From a virus: a DNA stretch of 64,000 nucleotides. This document shows, in pieces, positions 1 through 8,738 of the stretch; position 1 is the stretch's first letter; each line of letters opens with the position of its first letter. The stretch lies in IMG/VR virus record IMGVR_UViG_3300045988_130750, positions 84,652 to 148,651 of that record, one strand, 5' to 3'. A model generated the notes under the pieces. That model was not told the origin of the DNA, did not search any database, and saw only the letters and a program-made list of their open reading frames with translations. Made by a program: the position numbers and the translations under genes.

Positions 1-585
1 GCACATCAGATGTCTCAGTCAGAATTGGAGAAACACATTTTAAAGACGCTTGAATTTATGCAGACAGATTTTACAAAGAAATACACACCATATTCAGATG
101 ATTCAATGAAGTTATATATTGATAAGGCTGTACAGGAAGGATATGACACAGAGATTTTTATGGATGTGAACCTTACTCATTATCCATTGAGAGATTATTG
201 CTCTATGTGGAATGAACTTCAGAACACAGTTCGTCAGTATGGAAAGATTGGTAAAAGAAATGAGAAAGCTATTGAGCATGGTAAGATTGCAAAACATTCA
301 ATGCATCTCATTCGACTTTATATGATGTGCTTAGATATTCTTGAAAAAGAGAGAATAATCACATATAGAGAAGATGAACATGATTTGCTTATGGATATTC
401 GTAATGGTAAATATCTCGACAGCAACGATCAGCCAATTCCTGAGTTCTTTGAAATGGTAAATGACTATGAGAAGAGATTGGATTATGCAAAGAAAAATAC
501 TAATCTTCCTGACAATCCAGACTACAAGAAAATCAATGAGTTTGTTGCAAGTGTAAACGAAAGGGTGGTTAAGGGTGAAATCTAA
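1..585 (+). CDS. RlaP-type (Pol-beta superfamily, PF10127-like) nucleotidyltransferase, C-terminal part; 5' end outside window
   Basis: The frame is open from nt 1 (AHQ precedes the first Met at 10). KHSMHLIRLYMMCLDILEKERIITYREDEHDLLMDIRNGKY resembles the conserved helical C-terminal region of YcgL/RlaP proteins as I recall it. Stop is TAA at 583-585. Confidence 0.55.
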   Translation, partial: AHQMSQSELEKHILKTLEFMQTDFTKKYTPYSDDSMKLYIDKAVQEGYDTEIFMDVNLTHYPLRDYCSMWNELQNTVRQYGKIGKRNEKAIEHGKIAKHSMHLIRLYMMCLDILEKERIITYREDEHDLLMDIRNGKYLDSNDQPIPEFFEMVNDYEKRLDYAKKNTNLPDNPDYKKINEFVASVNERVVKGEI

Positions 586-1951
586 ATTAAAAATTAAAAT
601 CCCATCTGGTGCAAATGAGATTATTCATACACTCCAAGATAAAGGATATGAAGCATATTTAGTTGGTGGATGTGTTCGTGATAGCATTCTGAAAAGACCA
701 ATTCACGATTATGATATTACAACATCTGCTACACCTGATGAGATGATGGAAGTATTCAAAGGTAAAAGAATTATTGAAACTGGCTTACAGCATGGAACAA
801 TAACAATTGTCATTGATGGCGAACCATACGAGGTAACAACTTACAGAATTGATGGTAATTATTCTGACAATCGCAGACCAGACAAAGTAACATTTACACG
901 AAGCCTTGAAGAAGATTTAAAGCGTAGAGATTTTACAATCAATGCAATGGCATACAATGATGAAGTTGGTCTTGTAGATCCGTTTAATGGCATGGAAGAT
1001 ATTAAATACCACAAGATTAGATGTGTTGGCAGAGCAGAAGACAGATTTTCAGAAGATGCATTAAGAATTTTACGTGCTATTCGATTTGCCTCACAGTTGG
1101 GATTTGTCCTTGAACCTGATACAGATTGGAATATCTCTAAAATGTATAAGAATTTGGAGAATATATCTATTGAAAGGATCAATAGTGAGTTCTGTAAAAT
1201 TGCTGCATCGAGTGATTTCTGTGTACAAATGGTCTTATATCACGAAGTATTCTCATTGTTCATTCCTGAAATTAAAGATATGTTTGGCTTTCAACAGAAT
1301 AATCCATATCACATGTATGATGTATGGAATCATACAGTACATGCAGTACAAGCTTATGAATGTGATTGTGAACCCGACTTGAACCCAAGAGATTTGATTA
1401 CATCATTGGCTGTATTTTTTCATGATATTGGAAAGCCACATTGTTATCAAGATGGCGAGGATGGTATTAGACATTTCAAAGGTCACGGAAGAGTAAGTGC
1501 TGATATGACTGATACAATTATGAAAAGACTTCGTTTTGATAATGATACAAGAGAAAAAGTAGTGCAGCTTGTTTATTATTATGATGCAACTTTTGAGGTA
1601 GGAAAGAAATATGTCAAGAGATGGCTTAGTAAAATTGGAGAAGAACAGTTCAGAAGGTTATTAGATGTTCGTAGAGCTGATATTAAAGCACAAGCAGACA
1701 TTAATCAGGAAACAAGATTACAGAAGATTGATAATATCGAATACATTTTAGAAGAAGTCTTACAAGATGATGAATGTTTTTCTCTAAAGGATTTAGCAGT
1801 TAATGGTAAGGATTTAATTACTATTGGATATAAGCCAGGAAAAGAAATTGGTGAGGTATTAAATAATCTGTTGGATTCAATCATTAGTGGAGAATATATA
1901 AATGAGAAAGAAAAATTATTAGAAATAGCAAAGAGGAGATTATATGGTTAA
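575..1951 (+). CDS. cca: CCA-adding enzyme / tRNA nucleotidyltransferase with HD domain
   Basis: The N-terminal head motif is GGCVRDSILKRPIHDYDITT, followed by RRDFTINAMA. The HD-type region is FFHDIGKP...GHG. GTG start overlaps the upstream stop. Confidence 0.85.
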   Translation: MKSKLKIKIPSGANEIIHTLQDKGYEAYLVGGCVRDSILKRPIHDYDITTSATPDEMMEVFKGKRIIETGLQHGTITIVIDGEPYEVTTYRIDGNYSDNRRPDKVTFTRSLEEDLKRRDFTINAMAYNDEVGLVDPFNGMEDIKYHKIRCVGRAEDRFSEDALRILRAIRFASQLGFVLEPDTDWNISKMYKNLENISIERINSEFCKIAASSDFCVQMVLYHEVFSLFIPEIKDMFGFQQNNPYHMYDVWNHTVHAVQAYECDCEPDLNPRDLITSLAVFFHDIGKPHCYQDGEDGIRHFKGHGRVSADMTDTIMKRLRFDNDTREKVVQLVYYYDATFEVGKKYVKRWLSKIGEEQFRRLLDVRRADIKAQADINQETRLQKIDNIEYILEEVLQDDECFSLKDLAVNGKDLITIGYKPGKEIGEVLNNLLDSIISGEYINEKEKLLEIAKRRLYG

Positions 1952-2861
1952 ATTATTCACACACACAGATCTTGATGGTATAGGTTGTGCAGTTTTGGCA
2001 AAACTTGCATTTGGTAAAGATGTAGATATTTCATACTGTGATTATGATAACATTGATTCAAATGTCAGGGACTTTATTGATAGTGAAACAGAATTTGATA
2101 TGTGTATTATTACAGATATCAGAGTAAATGAAGATACAGCGAAAATTATTGATGACAGATTTGATAATTTCTATTTATTAGATCACCGTCCAATAGCTCT
2201 AGGACTTGATAAGTATCTTTGGTGTTCTGTGACTATCGAGTATGAAGATAAGGAGCTTGGAGTTATTAAAACCAGTGGAACAGAAATGTTTTATTATTGG
2301 TTAATCGAGAATGGTTATTTGAAAGATTCAGATATATTAAGAAGATTTGCTGAACTTGTGAGAGATTATGACACTTGGAGATGGTCAGAACTTGGTGAAG
2401 ATGGTGTTATTTGTAAGCAGGTGAACGATTTACTATATCTGTATGGTCGAGACGATTTTATTCATTGGTGCGTTACCGAGATACGTGGTGAAATATTCCC
2501 ATTATTATCTGCTAAAGATGAGGTTGTTCTAAAGATTAAGCAGGATGAAATTGATAAATATATCGAAGAGAAGAACGAAACTATGTTTACCAGTCCTATG
2601 TGTGGTAAGGTTTGTGGTTTTGTATTTGCAGATAGGTTTGTTAGTGAATTAGGTAATAGACTTTGTAAAATGCATCCTGAAATTGATTTTGTGGCAATGA
2701 TTGATATTGATGGTTGTACGGTATCTTATAGAACAGTTAAAGAAGATATTGATCTTGGTAAAGACGTAGCAAGTTTATTTGGTGGTGGTCATCCAAAAGC
2801 TGCTGGTTCAGAATTTAGTCAGAGTATTAAGTTGAAAGTTATTGAGGAAATCTTTAAATAG
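1944..2861 (+). CDS. DHH/DHHA1-family phosphoesterase (NrnA/oligoribonuclease-like)
   Basis: Motifs seen are HTDLDGIGC (DxD), ITD, LLDHR (a DHH-position variant) and the C-terminal GGGHPKAAG. The start overlaps the cca stop. Confidence 0.7.
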   Translation: MVKLFTHTDLDGIGCAVLAKLAFGKDVDISYCDYDNIDSNVRDFIDSETEFDMCIITDIRVNEDTAKIIDDRFDNFYLLDHRPIALGLDKYLWCSVTIEYEDKELGVIKTSGTEMFYYWLIENGYLKDSDILRRFAELVRDYDTWRWSELGEDGVICKQVNDLLYLYGRDDFIHWCVTEIRGEIFPLLSAKDEVVLKIKQDEIDKYIEEKNETMFTSPMCGKVCGFVFADRFVSELGNRLCKMHPEIDFVAMIDIDGCTVSYRTVKEDIDLGKDVASLFGGGHPKAAGSEFSQSIKLKVIEEIFK

Positions 2862-2874
2862 TGAGGTGAAATAA

Positions 2875-3348
2875 ATGTTTTTAAGTGACACAGATAAAAC
2901 TGGATATCCAGTTGGTACATTTAAACTTGGTCAAAAAATATATCATATTAAGGACAAGGAACACAGATTTAAATTTCATAAAAAGTGTGAATATTGTGAA
3001 AGTACAGGACGTGTATTGATAAAAGGTAAAGAATTTATATGCCCTGCTTGTAAAGGCGAGTACATATATAAGGAGGTAGTTGAAAAGATTATTGACGATT
3101 ATAATATAAGAATCGGCAGCATCATTAGTCTTCAAAATAAGAAAAACACTTATGAATTTTATGCCACTAGTTCAGATAGTTGTGGTTTACAAATCCAGAT
3201 ATGTGATGATGGTAGTAATACATATTTTGGAACAAAAGAGGAAGCTAAAGAGGCTTGCGAAAAGTTCAATAAAGAACATAATGTTGATTTATATTTGGAG
3301 GAATATAATCGTGCAAGTGTTAGAGAAAACATAAGAGATGGATTCTAA
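2875..3348 (+). CDS. hypothetical protein with CxxC...CxxC zinc-ribbon
   Basis: SD is gtgaggtgaaataa upstream of the ATG. Cysteine pairs are CEYCESTGRV and CPACKGE (DnaJ-like CxxCxG pattern). Confidence 0.6.
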   Translation: MFLSDTDKTGYPVGTFKLGQKIYHIKDKEHRFKFHKKCEYCESTGRVLIKGKEFICPACKGEYIYKEVVEKIIDDYNIRIGSIISLQNKKNTYEFYATSSDSCGLQIQICDDGSNTYFGTKEEAKEACEKFNKEHNVDLYLEEYNRASVRENIRDGF

Positions 3349-3364
3349 GTGAAGGTGAAAGAGT

Positions 3365-3820
3365 GTGAAATTAAAGGATAAAATACGAGATAAATTGAGA
3401 CATTGGTTATTAGAGGATGACTTGTTTCAAGTGGAAGCAGCTAAAAAATCATATAAAGATGCAATAGAAAAATGTAAAGACGCAGAGGGTAGATATAGAT
3501 ATGCTAATATTCAATTATCTGACGCAGCCGTTACATATAAAAATTCTTATAAATTAGTTGATGATTGTCATAAAATGATGAATTCGATGATAAATGTTGG
3601 AACTGATGTCGGTTTTTATTCAGAAGACCATTCTTGGGCGGTTGTGTGTATCAAAGGACATCCTGAATATGTGAAGTTTATTCCATTATCACATAGAGAC
3701 GCACGTGATGTACTTGAATTTTTAAAGCATTTTAGATATTCAAACAGAGTAATTGATTCGCCTTTTGCATTTAGAGATATGGTTGACCGTTGTATTATGG
3801 AGAATCCGTTTGGAAAGTAA
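3365..3820 (+). CDS. hypothetical protein
   Basis: GTG start follows gaaggtgaaagag. Same-strand tight packing. No recognisable motif. Confidence 0.5.
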   Translation: MKLKDKIRDKLRHWLLEDDLFQVEAAKKSYKDAIEKCKDAEGRYRYANIQLSDAAVTYKNSYKLVDDCHKMMNSMINVGTDVGFYSEDHSWAVVCIKGHPEYVKFIPLSHRDARDVLEFLKHFRYSNRVIDSPFAFRDMVDRCIMENPFGK

Positions 3821-3831
3821 AGTGAGGTGAA

Positions 3832-4128
3832 ATGGTGAAAATAACAATTGATATTCCAAGAGGATATGAAAGAGATTTTATCGCTGATCAGTTTAAGGAT
3901 TTCTTTTCCAGAGTAATTGCAGATATTAACTGCGATGGAATGTGTGGTAATTATGAAAAAGAAATCGCAGAAATGTTTTTAGAGGCATTTGATAAAGCTA
4001 TTGTTGGTGATGTTAATCTAAATGCAAATGTTATTCCAGTTGCAAATATATCTTTTAACGAAGAAGATATACAGAAGATGATTCAAGATAAATTAAAGAA
4101 GTTTCAAATAGAGAATAATCTAATATAG
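3832..4128 (+). CDS. hypothetical protein
   Basis: ATG follows gtgaggtgaa. 98 aa, acidic. Confidence 0.55.
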   Translation: MVKITIDIPRGYERDFIADQFKDFFSRVIADINCDGMCGNYEKEIAEMFLEAFDKAIVGDVNLNANVIPVANISFNEEDIQKMIQDKLKKFQIENNLI

Positions 4129-4144
4129 AAGTAATTCTATTCAC

Positions 4145-4252
4145 GGCTGATCAGCCAAATTTTCCAAATAAAAGTAACAAGAAATATTTTTTTCATTATT
4201 CTCTGTCAAAATACACTATTTTGCAGAGGTTACGTAACCATAATTACCTAGG
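4145..4252. promoter_or_regulatory. three perfect palindromes in the unusually long gap upstream of the methyltransferase
   Basis: GGCTGATCAGCC lies at 4145-4156, GGTTACGTAACC at 4228-4239 and CCTAGG at 4247-4252. All sit in a 231-nt non-coding gap. Function unknown (operator or methylation target?). Confidence 0.3.
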
Positions 4253-4359
4253 AGTTACTGCTTAATTCCTTTCTTCTTAATACTATTTTGTTGTAAAATC
4301 ACTCGAAAATAGACACGTCTGCCTAATCGAATGAAAAAAATAATTCTCAAGGGCTACGA

Positions 4360-5241
4360 GTGTTAAGTTTATGTGGTGGCGTAGAAACAGGATTATATGC
4401 GTTACAACAACTTGGAATACCTATAAGAGAATATCATACATATGAAATTTTACCAGAAGCCATAGCAGTTTCTCAGTGCCATTTTCCGTTTGTGGTACAT
4501 CATGGCGATTTATATGAAGCGGATTTTGAACAATTCAAAGGATTTGATCTTCTGTTGGCAGGAACTTGTTGCCAGTCACTTTCAAGAGTACGAATTGAAA
4601 GTAAAGAAGTCAATAATGGTCTTGATGGTAAGTCAGGAATTTTCTTTAAAGCGATTGAGTGTCTTAGGGTAATTCAACCCAAATATTTCATGTTTGAAAA
4701 TGTAATACCAAGCAGTGATGAAGATTTGAAAACAATGACAGAATGTATTGGTGTTGAACCTATTTTGATTGATTCTGGAATTTTTTCAGCTCAGAATCGT
4801 GAGAGATATTATTGGACAAACATACCACTAGGCGAATTGCCTGAAGAATCTTCATTAGTTTTGAAAGATATTATGGAGAATAATGTAGATGAGAAGTATT
4901 TCTACAAGAAGGACTTTGAGATTTTGGATATGAATAAGCGTGTATGTGCTGAATTAAAAGTTAATTCTATGGAAATGAATAGAAGAATTTATAATCCAGA
5001 TTTTAAGTGCAGCACATTAACTTGTATCAATGGTGGATACCACGAAAAGAAAGTATTAGATAGTGGCAGACCAAGAAAACTTACAGAAATTGAATATGAG
5101 AGATTGCAGGGATTATCTGATAATTTCACAAAAGTTCAGCTCAAAAGTCGTTATTTATCATACTCAAAAAGGTGCAGTCTGATGGGTAATGGTTGGAATG
5201 AACCAACAGTTGAATGGATCTTGAGCGGATTAAGAGAATAA
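4360..5241 (+). CDS. DNA (cytosine-5)-methyltransferase, Dnmt3-like layout
   Basis: Motif I is LSLCGGVETG. Motif IV is GTCCQSLS, with Cys-Cys where Pro-Cys is usual. Motif VI is FMFENV, motif VIII QNRERYYW, motif X MGNGW. Only a GTG start is in frame and there is no SD (see findings). Confidence 0.75.
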   Translation: MLSLCGGVETGLYALQQLGIPIREYHTYEILPEAIAVSQCHFPFVVHHGDLYEADFEQFKGFDLLLAGTCCQSLSRVRIESKEVNNGLDGKSGIFFKAIECLRVIQPKYFMFENVIPSSDEDLKTMTECIGVEPILIDSGIFSAQNRERYYWTNIPLGELPEESSLVLKDIMENNVDEKYFYKKDFEILDMNKRVCAELKVNSMEMNRRIYNPDFKCSTLTCINGGYHEKKVLDSGRPRKLTEIEYERLQGLSDNFTKVQLKSRYLSYSKRCSLMGNGWNEPTVEWILSGLRE

Positions 5242-5294
5242 CATAATATGAAGTTCCATTGAAAGTGGAATTTCTTGTGGAGAAAGGAGAGAAT

Positions 5295-6017
5295 ATGTAT
5301 CCAGAATACGATGATTTTTATGAGCCAAGTGAAGGCGAAATGTTTTTTGATGAAATGAAAGAAAAGTTCAGAGAGATTTTGCGTGAAGATGTAAACTCTG
5401 AAATCAGTAAATTAACAAAAGAAAATGCAGAATTAAGACAGAAAGTTAAAGAGTACAATGATAAAAATTGGGATCTGTCTCGTAGAGAAAATGATTTACA
5501 GTACAAAATGGACAATTACAAACGAGAGGTAGAAAACGATTTTTACAATAAAACAATGGAAGAAGTTTTTGAGAAATTATTAGATGACTCAGAAGTGTGG
5601 TATGCAGAACATGTTCCTCATGAGAAACCAAAATGTAATTTATGTAACGAGGAAAGAAAACTCGTTGCAGTATATCCAAATGGTGAAACTGTGACCAAGG
5701 AGTGTGAATGTTCTCGACCAACATATATTTATGAGCCAATAATTTCATTGAATAAAGAGATTAAATTTCATAAAGCATATAAGCCAAGATACAGTGATAA
5801 AAAGAAAATCTATTTTACTAAAAATCACAGACCAAACAAGGATTATGCAGATGCGTATGATTATTATAGTGAATTCAGAATAGAAAATATTTTTGATGAT
5901 TTTAATGATGATGTAATTGCATATCACAATGGTAAAAGATATGGAGAAAAAATTGCATTCAGGAGCAAAGAGGCTTGTCAGAAATATTGTGATTGGCTTA
6001 ATAAGGAGAATAAGTAA
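5295..6017 (+). CDS. hypothetical protein (coiled-coil N-terminus, Cys cluster)
   Basis: ATG 5295 follows agaaaggagagaat. The GTG at 5259 in the ORF track has no SD. Cys cluster is CNLCNEE...CEC. Confidence 0.55.
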   Translation: MYPEYDDFYEPSEGEMFFDEMKEKFREILREDVNSEISKLTKENAELRQKVKEYNDKNWDLSRRENDLQYKMDNYKREVENDFYNKTMEEVFEKLLDDSEVWYAEHVPHEKPKCNLCNEERKLVAVYPNGETVTKECECSRPTYIYEPIISLNKEIKFHKAYKPRYSDKKKIYFTKNHRPNKDYADAYDYYSEFRIENIFDDFNDDVIAYHNGKRYGEKIAFRSKEACQKYCDWLNKENK

Positions 6018-6803
6018 ATGGCATATATAAAAGAATATTGGCAGAATAAAGAACAGAGAGCAGAAACTGCTCGCAAACATACAAAAGAGATGCAGAATAA
6101 ATATGGTTGTTGCATTCAAACTTCAATTTTGGGTACAAAAATTTATGACACGGATTCATTTGATAGGGATTTTGAAGAGGATATCGAAGACAAAGATACC
6201 AAGATTATTGTAGAGAATATTGATAGTGTAAGTGCTGTAATGAAATACGGCAATCCAAGTACAGCAGTTCTTAATTTCTCATCATATAAAAATCCAGGTG
6301 GAATGTTTTTGAACGGTAGTAAAGCACAGGAAGAGTGTTTGTGTCATGAATCATTCTTATACAATGTATTAAGTCAATTTGTATTAGAATTTTATGATTG
6401 GAATAATCGACACAAGAATAAGGCTTTATATTTGAACAGAGGATTATTTTCTCCTGGTGTTTGGTTCTTTAGAGAGAATGATCATGTAGAGTGTAATGTT
6501 ATTACTTGTGCTGCTCCAAATAAGTCGGCAGCACAAAAATATCAGAATGTGTCAGACGAAGAGAATATTAAAGTATTAAGAAGTCGAATTAGGTTTGTTC
6601 TTGATATGGCGAAGGATAATAACGTAAATACTCTTATCTTAGGAGCATACGGATGTGGAGTGTTTGGACAAGATGGGACAGAAGTAGCGAATATATTTAA
6701 GGAATATCTGACAACTACTTATAAGTGCTTTGACACTGTGATATTTGCAGTTCCAAGTGGTAGAGATGGCAACTATGAAAAGTTTGCAAAAGTTTTTGAG
6801 TAG
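6018..6803 (+). CDS. TIGR02452 / microbial-type PARG-like macrodomain protein
   Basis: LNFSSYKNPGGMFLNGSKAQEECLCHESFLY and LILGAYGCGVFGQD match the two signature blocks I recall for the TIGR02452 / PF10021 family. Confidence 0.65.
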   Translation: MAYIKEYWQNKEQRAETARKHTKEMQNKYGCCIQTSILGTKIYDTDSFDRDFEEDIEDKDTKIIVENIDSVSAVMKYGNPSTAVLNFSSYKNPGGMFLNGSKAQEECLCHESFLYNVLSQFVLEFYDWNNRHKNKALYLNRGLFSPGVWFFRENDHVECNVITCAAPNKSAAQKYQNVSDEENIKVLRSRIRFVLDMAKDNNVNTLILGAYGCGVFGQDGTEVANIFKEYLTTTYKCFDTVIFAVPSGRDGNYEKFAKVFE

Positions 6804-6836
6804 TATAAGAAACATAGATTTCTTTTGGAGGTTTAA

Positions 6837-7028
6837 ATGGGATTAATTGAAAAATATGAAAAAAGAAAACTAAGATATGAGAAGCAACTTTCTCAAATGT
6901 CAGATGATAGTGAACTATCAGAGTATGGATTTTGGGATAAAGGGTATCTGCGTGGGAAAATTGCAATATGTGATGACATTATAGACGATTTGAATAATAT
7001 CTTAATTAAGTACAATAAAAAGCAATAG
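6837..7028 (+). CDS. hypothetical protein
   Basis: ATG follows ttggaggtttaa. 63 aa. Confidence 0.5.
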   Translation: MGLIEKYEKRKLRYEKQLSQMSDDSELSEYGFWDKGYLRGKIAICDDIIDDLNNILIKYNKKQ

Positions 7029-7051
7029 TGTCAAATTTAAAGGAGAATAAT

Positions 7052-7312
7052 ATGGCAGGATTTGTCTCAAAACAACCAAATGGATTATATTGTAGATTTT
7101 CGACCGTTACGGATTGCCCTACAGCATGGAATATGACACGAGAAGATTATATCAATATGAAAATGCAGGAAGCAAAAGAAGACGCTGAGAATGTGTTGGA
7201 TAATTATTTAAAGCCGTTTGATATGGTGCTAGATATGTATTATCCAAACAATATGACAAAAGAGAAATTTAATGAGTTCCTTGAAGAAACTGGCTATAGT
7301 AAAGGAGAATAA
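7052..7312 (+). CDS. hypothetical protein
   Basis: ATG 7052 follows aaaggagaataat. It is preferred over the GTG at 7028. Confidence 0.55.
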   Translation: MAGFVSKQPNGLYCRFSTVTDCPTAWNMTREDYINMKMQEAKEDAENVLDNYLKPFDMVLDMYYPNNMTKEKFNEFLEETGYSKGE

Positions 7313-7317
7313 ATCAT

Positions 7318-7587
7318 ATGAAGAAGAAGATTTTAGCAGTTGTATTAGGATTAACACTGTGTTTTGGAATGACTGGATGTACTAAAGGTGATATCGAACC
7401 TGAAAATAGTGATATTGGAAATAAATATATAGACTTAGTAACAATCTATAAAGGTGATGCATATACTGAAGTTCTCTATGATAAGAATACTAAAGTTATG
7501 TATTTTGTAAAAAGATCAGGTTATCAATTTGGAATCACACCTATCTATAATTCAGATGGGACAGTTAAATTGTATGATGAAGAATAA
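7318..7587 (+). CDS. small lipoprotein
   Basis: MKKKILAVVLGLTLCFGMTGC is a signal peptide plus lipobox (GMTG|C). SD is aaaggagaataaatc. Confidence 0.65.
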   Translation: MKKKILAVVLGLTLCFGMTGCTKGDIEPENSDIGNKYIDLVTIYKGDAYTEVLYDKNTKVMYFVKRSGYQFGITPIYNSDGTVKLYDEE

Positions 7588-7588
7588 T

Positions 7589-7717
7589 ATGATAGATAAC
7601 AAATTACGTCAGCAATATAGACAGGCTGCTGTCATTTTAAGAATAGAATTTAAGGAAACTTGTTTGTACAGATTGTGCGAAGAAGTTGTGAAGAAGTTGA
7701 GTGAGATTTTGAATTGA
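7589..7717 (+). CDS. possible small protein (42 aa)
   Basis: ATG 7589 lies directly after the upstream stop. The longer ORF-track form (7529) overlaps the lipoprotein gene. SD is weak. Confidence 0.3.
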   Translation: MIDNKLRQQYRQAAVILRIEFKETCLYRLCEEVVKKLSEILN

Positions 7718-7731
7718 TAAAGGAGAATAGT

Positions 7732-8058
7732 ATGGCAGATTATAAGATTGGTCAGATTTTGACATCAACAGAAGAAGTAGAAATTGAAAAAGCATTATCA
7801 GGAGAAAGGGTAAAAATTCCAAAGGGTAATAAAGTAATCATTGGTGCAGATAAATTGGCACATCATATCAGAAATGGTTTTATTCAGCCATTGGCAGAAG
7901 GTTTAATAGTAGAAGGATATGATACTGCTGGCATTGCAGAATATCTTTATATTGTACTTAGAAATCATTTACCTATTGATGAAATGATGGAAGGATATGA
8001 AATCACCAAGCAGGAAGTTATTGATGAAATTGAATGTGCTTTAGATGAAATTTTCTAG
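7732..8058 (+). CDS. hypothetical protein
   Basis: ATG 7732 follows aaaggagaatagt. Confidence 0.55.
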   Translation: MADYKIGQILTSTEEVEIEKALSGERVKIPKGNKVIIGADKLAHHIRNGFIQPLAEGLIVEGYDTAGIAEYLYIVLRNHLPIDEMMEGYEITKQEVIDEIECALDEIF

Positions 8059-8101
8059 TTAACAGCAAACCGAATTTTCTTGGTGATTTAGGAGGTGAAA
8101 G

Positions 8102-8410
8102 ATGAGTAAAAACTATGAATTAGAGTTATATAAATTACTAATCAATCCAGAAGAAGACGATATTGACATCTCATATGTAGATGAATTCGGATGGGTTAAT
8201 GATACAGAATTTTGTGTTTGGATTAATCTTAGTTGGTTTAATGAATTTATCAAACGATTGAATGATATTTTCGGTTATTCATTATTTGATGAAGGTGGAA
8301 TTGAAGCAAGAATTGGTAGTGATTATGTCTGTATCGACTTAGAAGAAGTTATTTCTGGATACGGTATTGATCTTGAAGAGGTATTTCCAAGAAGTAAATA
8401 CACACATTAA
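8102..8410 (+). CDS. hypothetical protein
   Basis: ATG follows ttaggaggtgaaag. Confidence 0.55.
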   Translation: MSKNYELELYKLLINPEEDDIDISYVDEFGWVNDTEFCVWINLSWFNEFIKRLNDIFGYSLFDEGGIEARIGSDYVCIDLEEVISGYGIDLEEVFPRSKYTH

Positions 8411-8461
8411 GAGAATAATACATTGAAAGAAATCTTTCATTTGATGGCAGGAGGTGAACGA

Positions 8462-8677
8462 ATGGGTAAAATTAGTAAACAGACATTTATTGTAGAAGTT
8501 GCAACTGATAAAGATTCTTTTGAAGATTGGTTAGCAGAGAAGTGTTCAGAAATATACAATATGGCAATTGATGATTTTGTAGAAGCTATTGATGAAGAAG
8601 ATAGAGACGAATATTTGGTTGACGATATGAGAAGAATCGAAGAATTAGCAGAAAAAGTCAAAGGAAGTAGAGAATAA
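8462..8677 (+). CDS. hypothetical acidic protein
   Basis: ATG 8462 follows caggaggtgaacga. An alternative TTG at 8423 follows agagaataataca. Confidence 0.5.
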   Translation: MGKISKQTFIVEVATDKDSFEDWLAEKCSEIYNMAIDDFVEAIDEEDRDEYLVDDMRRIEELAEKVKGSRE

Positions 8678-8738
8678 TTAACTGAATAATACGAAAGGAG
8701 TGAGTGGCAGCCTTAAAGAAATTTCGCTCTGAGTAGTA

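Noticed and set aside
5745-6119. Many 60-190 aa ORFs lie antisense to or out of frame with the main genes. Examples: 112..297-, 859..1182-, 5745..6119-, 22099..22677-, 22963..23385-, 28811..29221-, 31088..31465-, 33549..33833-, 34001..34351-, and the small + strand ORFs inside the tape-measure gene at 61364..62216.
   Set aside because: All overlap much longer ORFs that have recognisable domains and SD sites. They lack SDs of their own and have Ile/Leu/Phe/Ser-rich low-complexity translations typical of shadow frames in AT-rich DNA.
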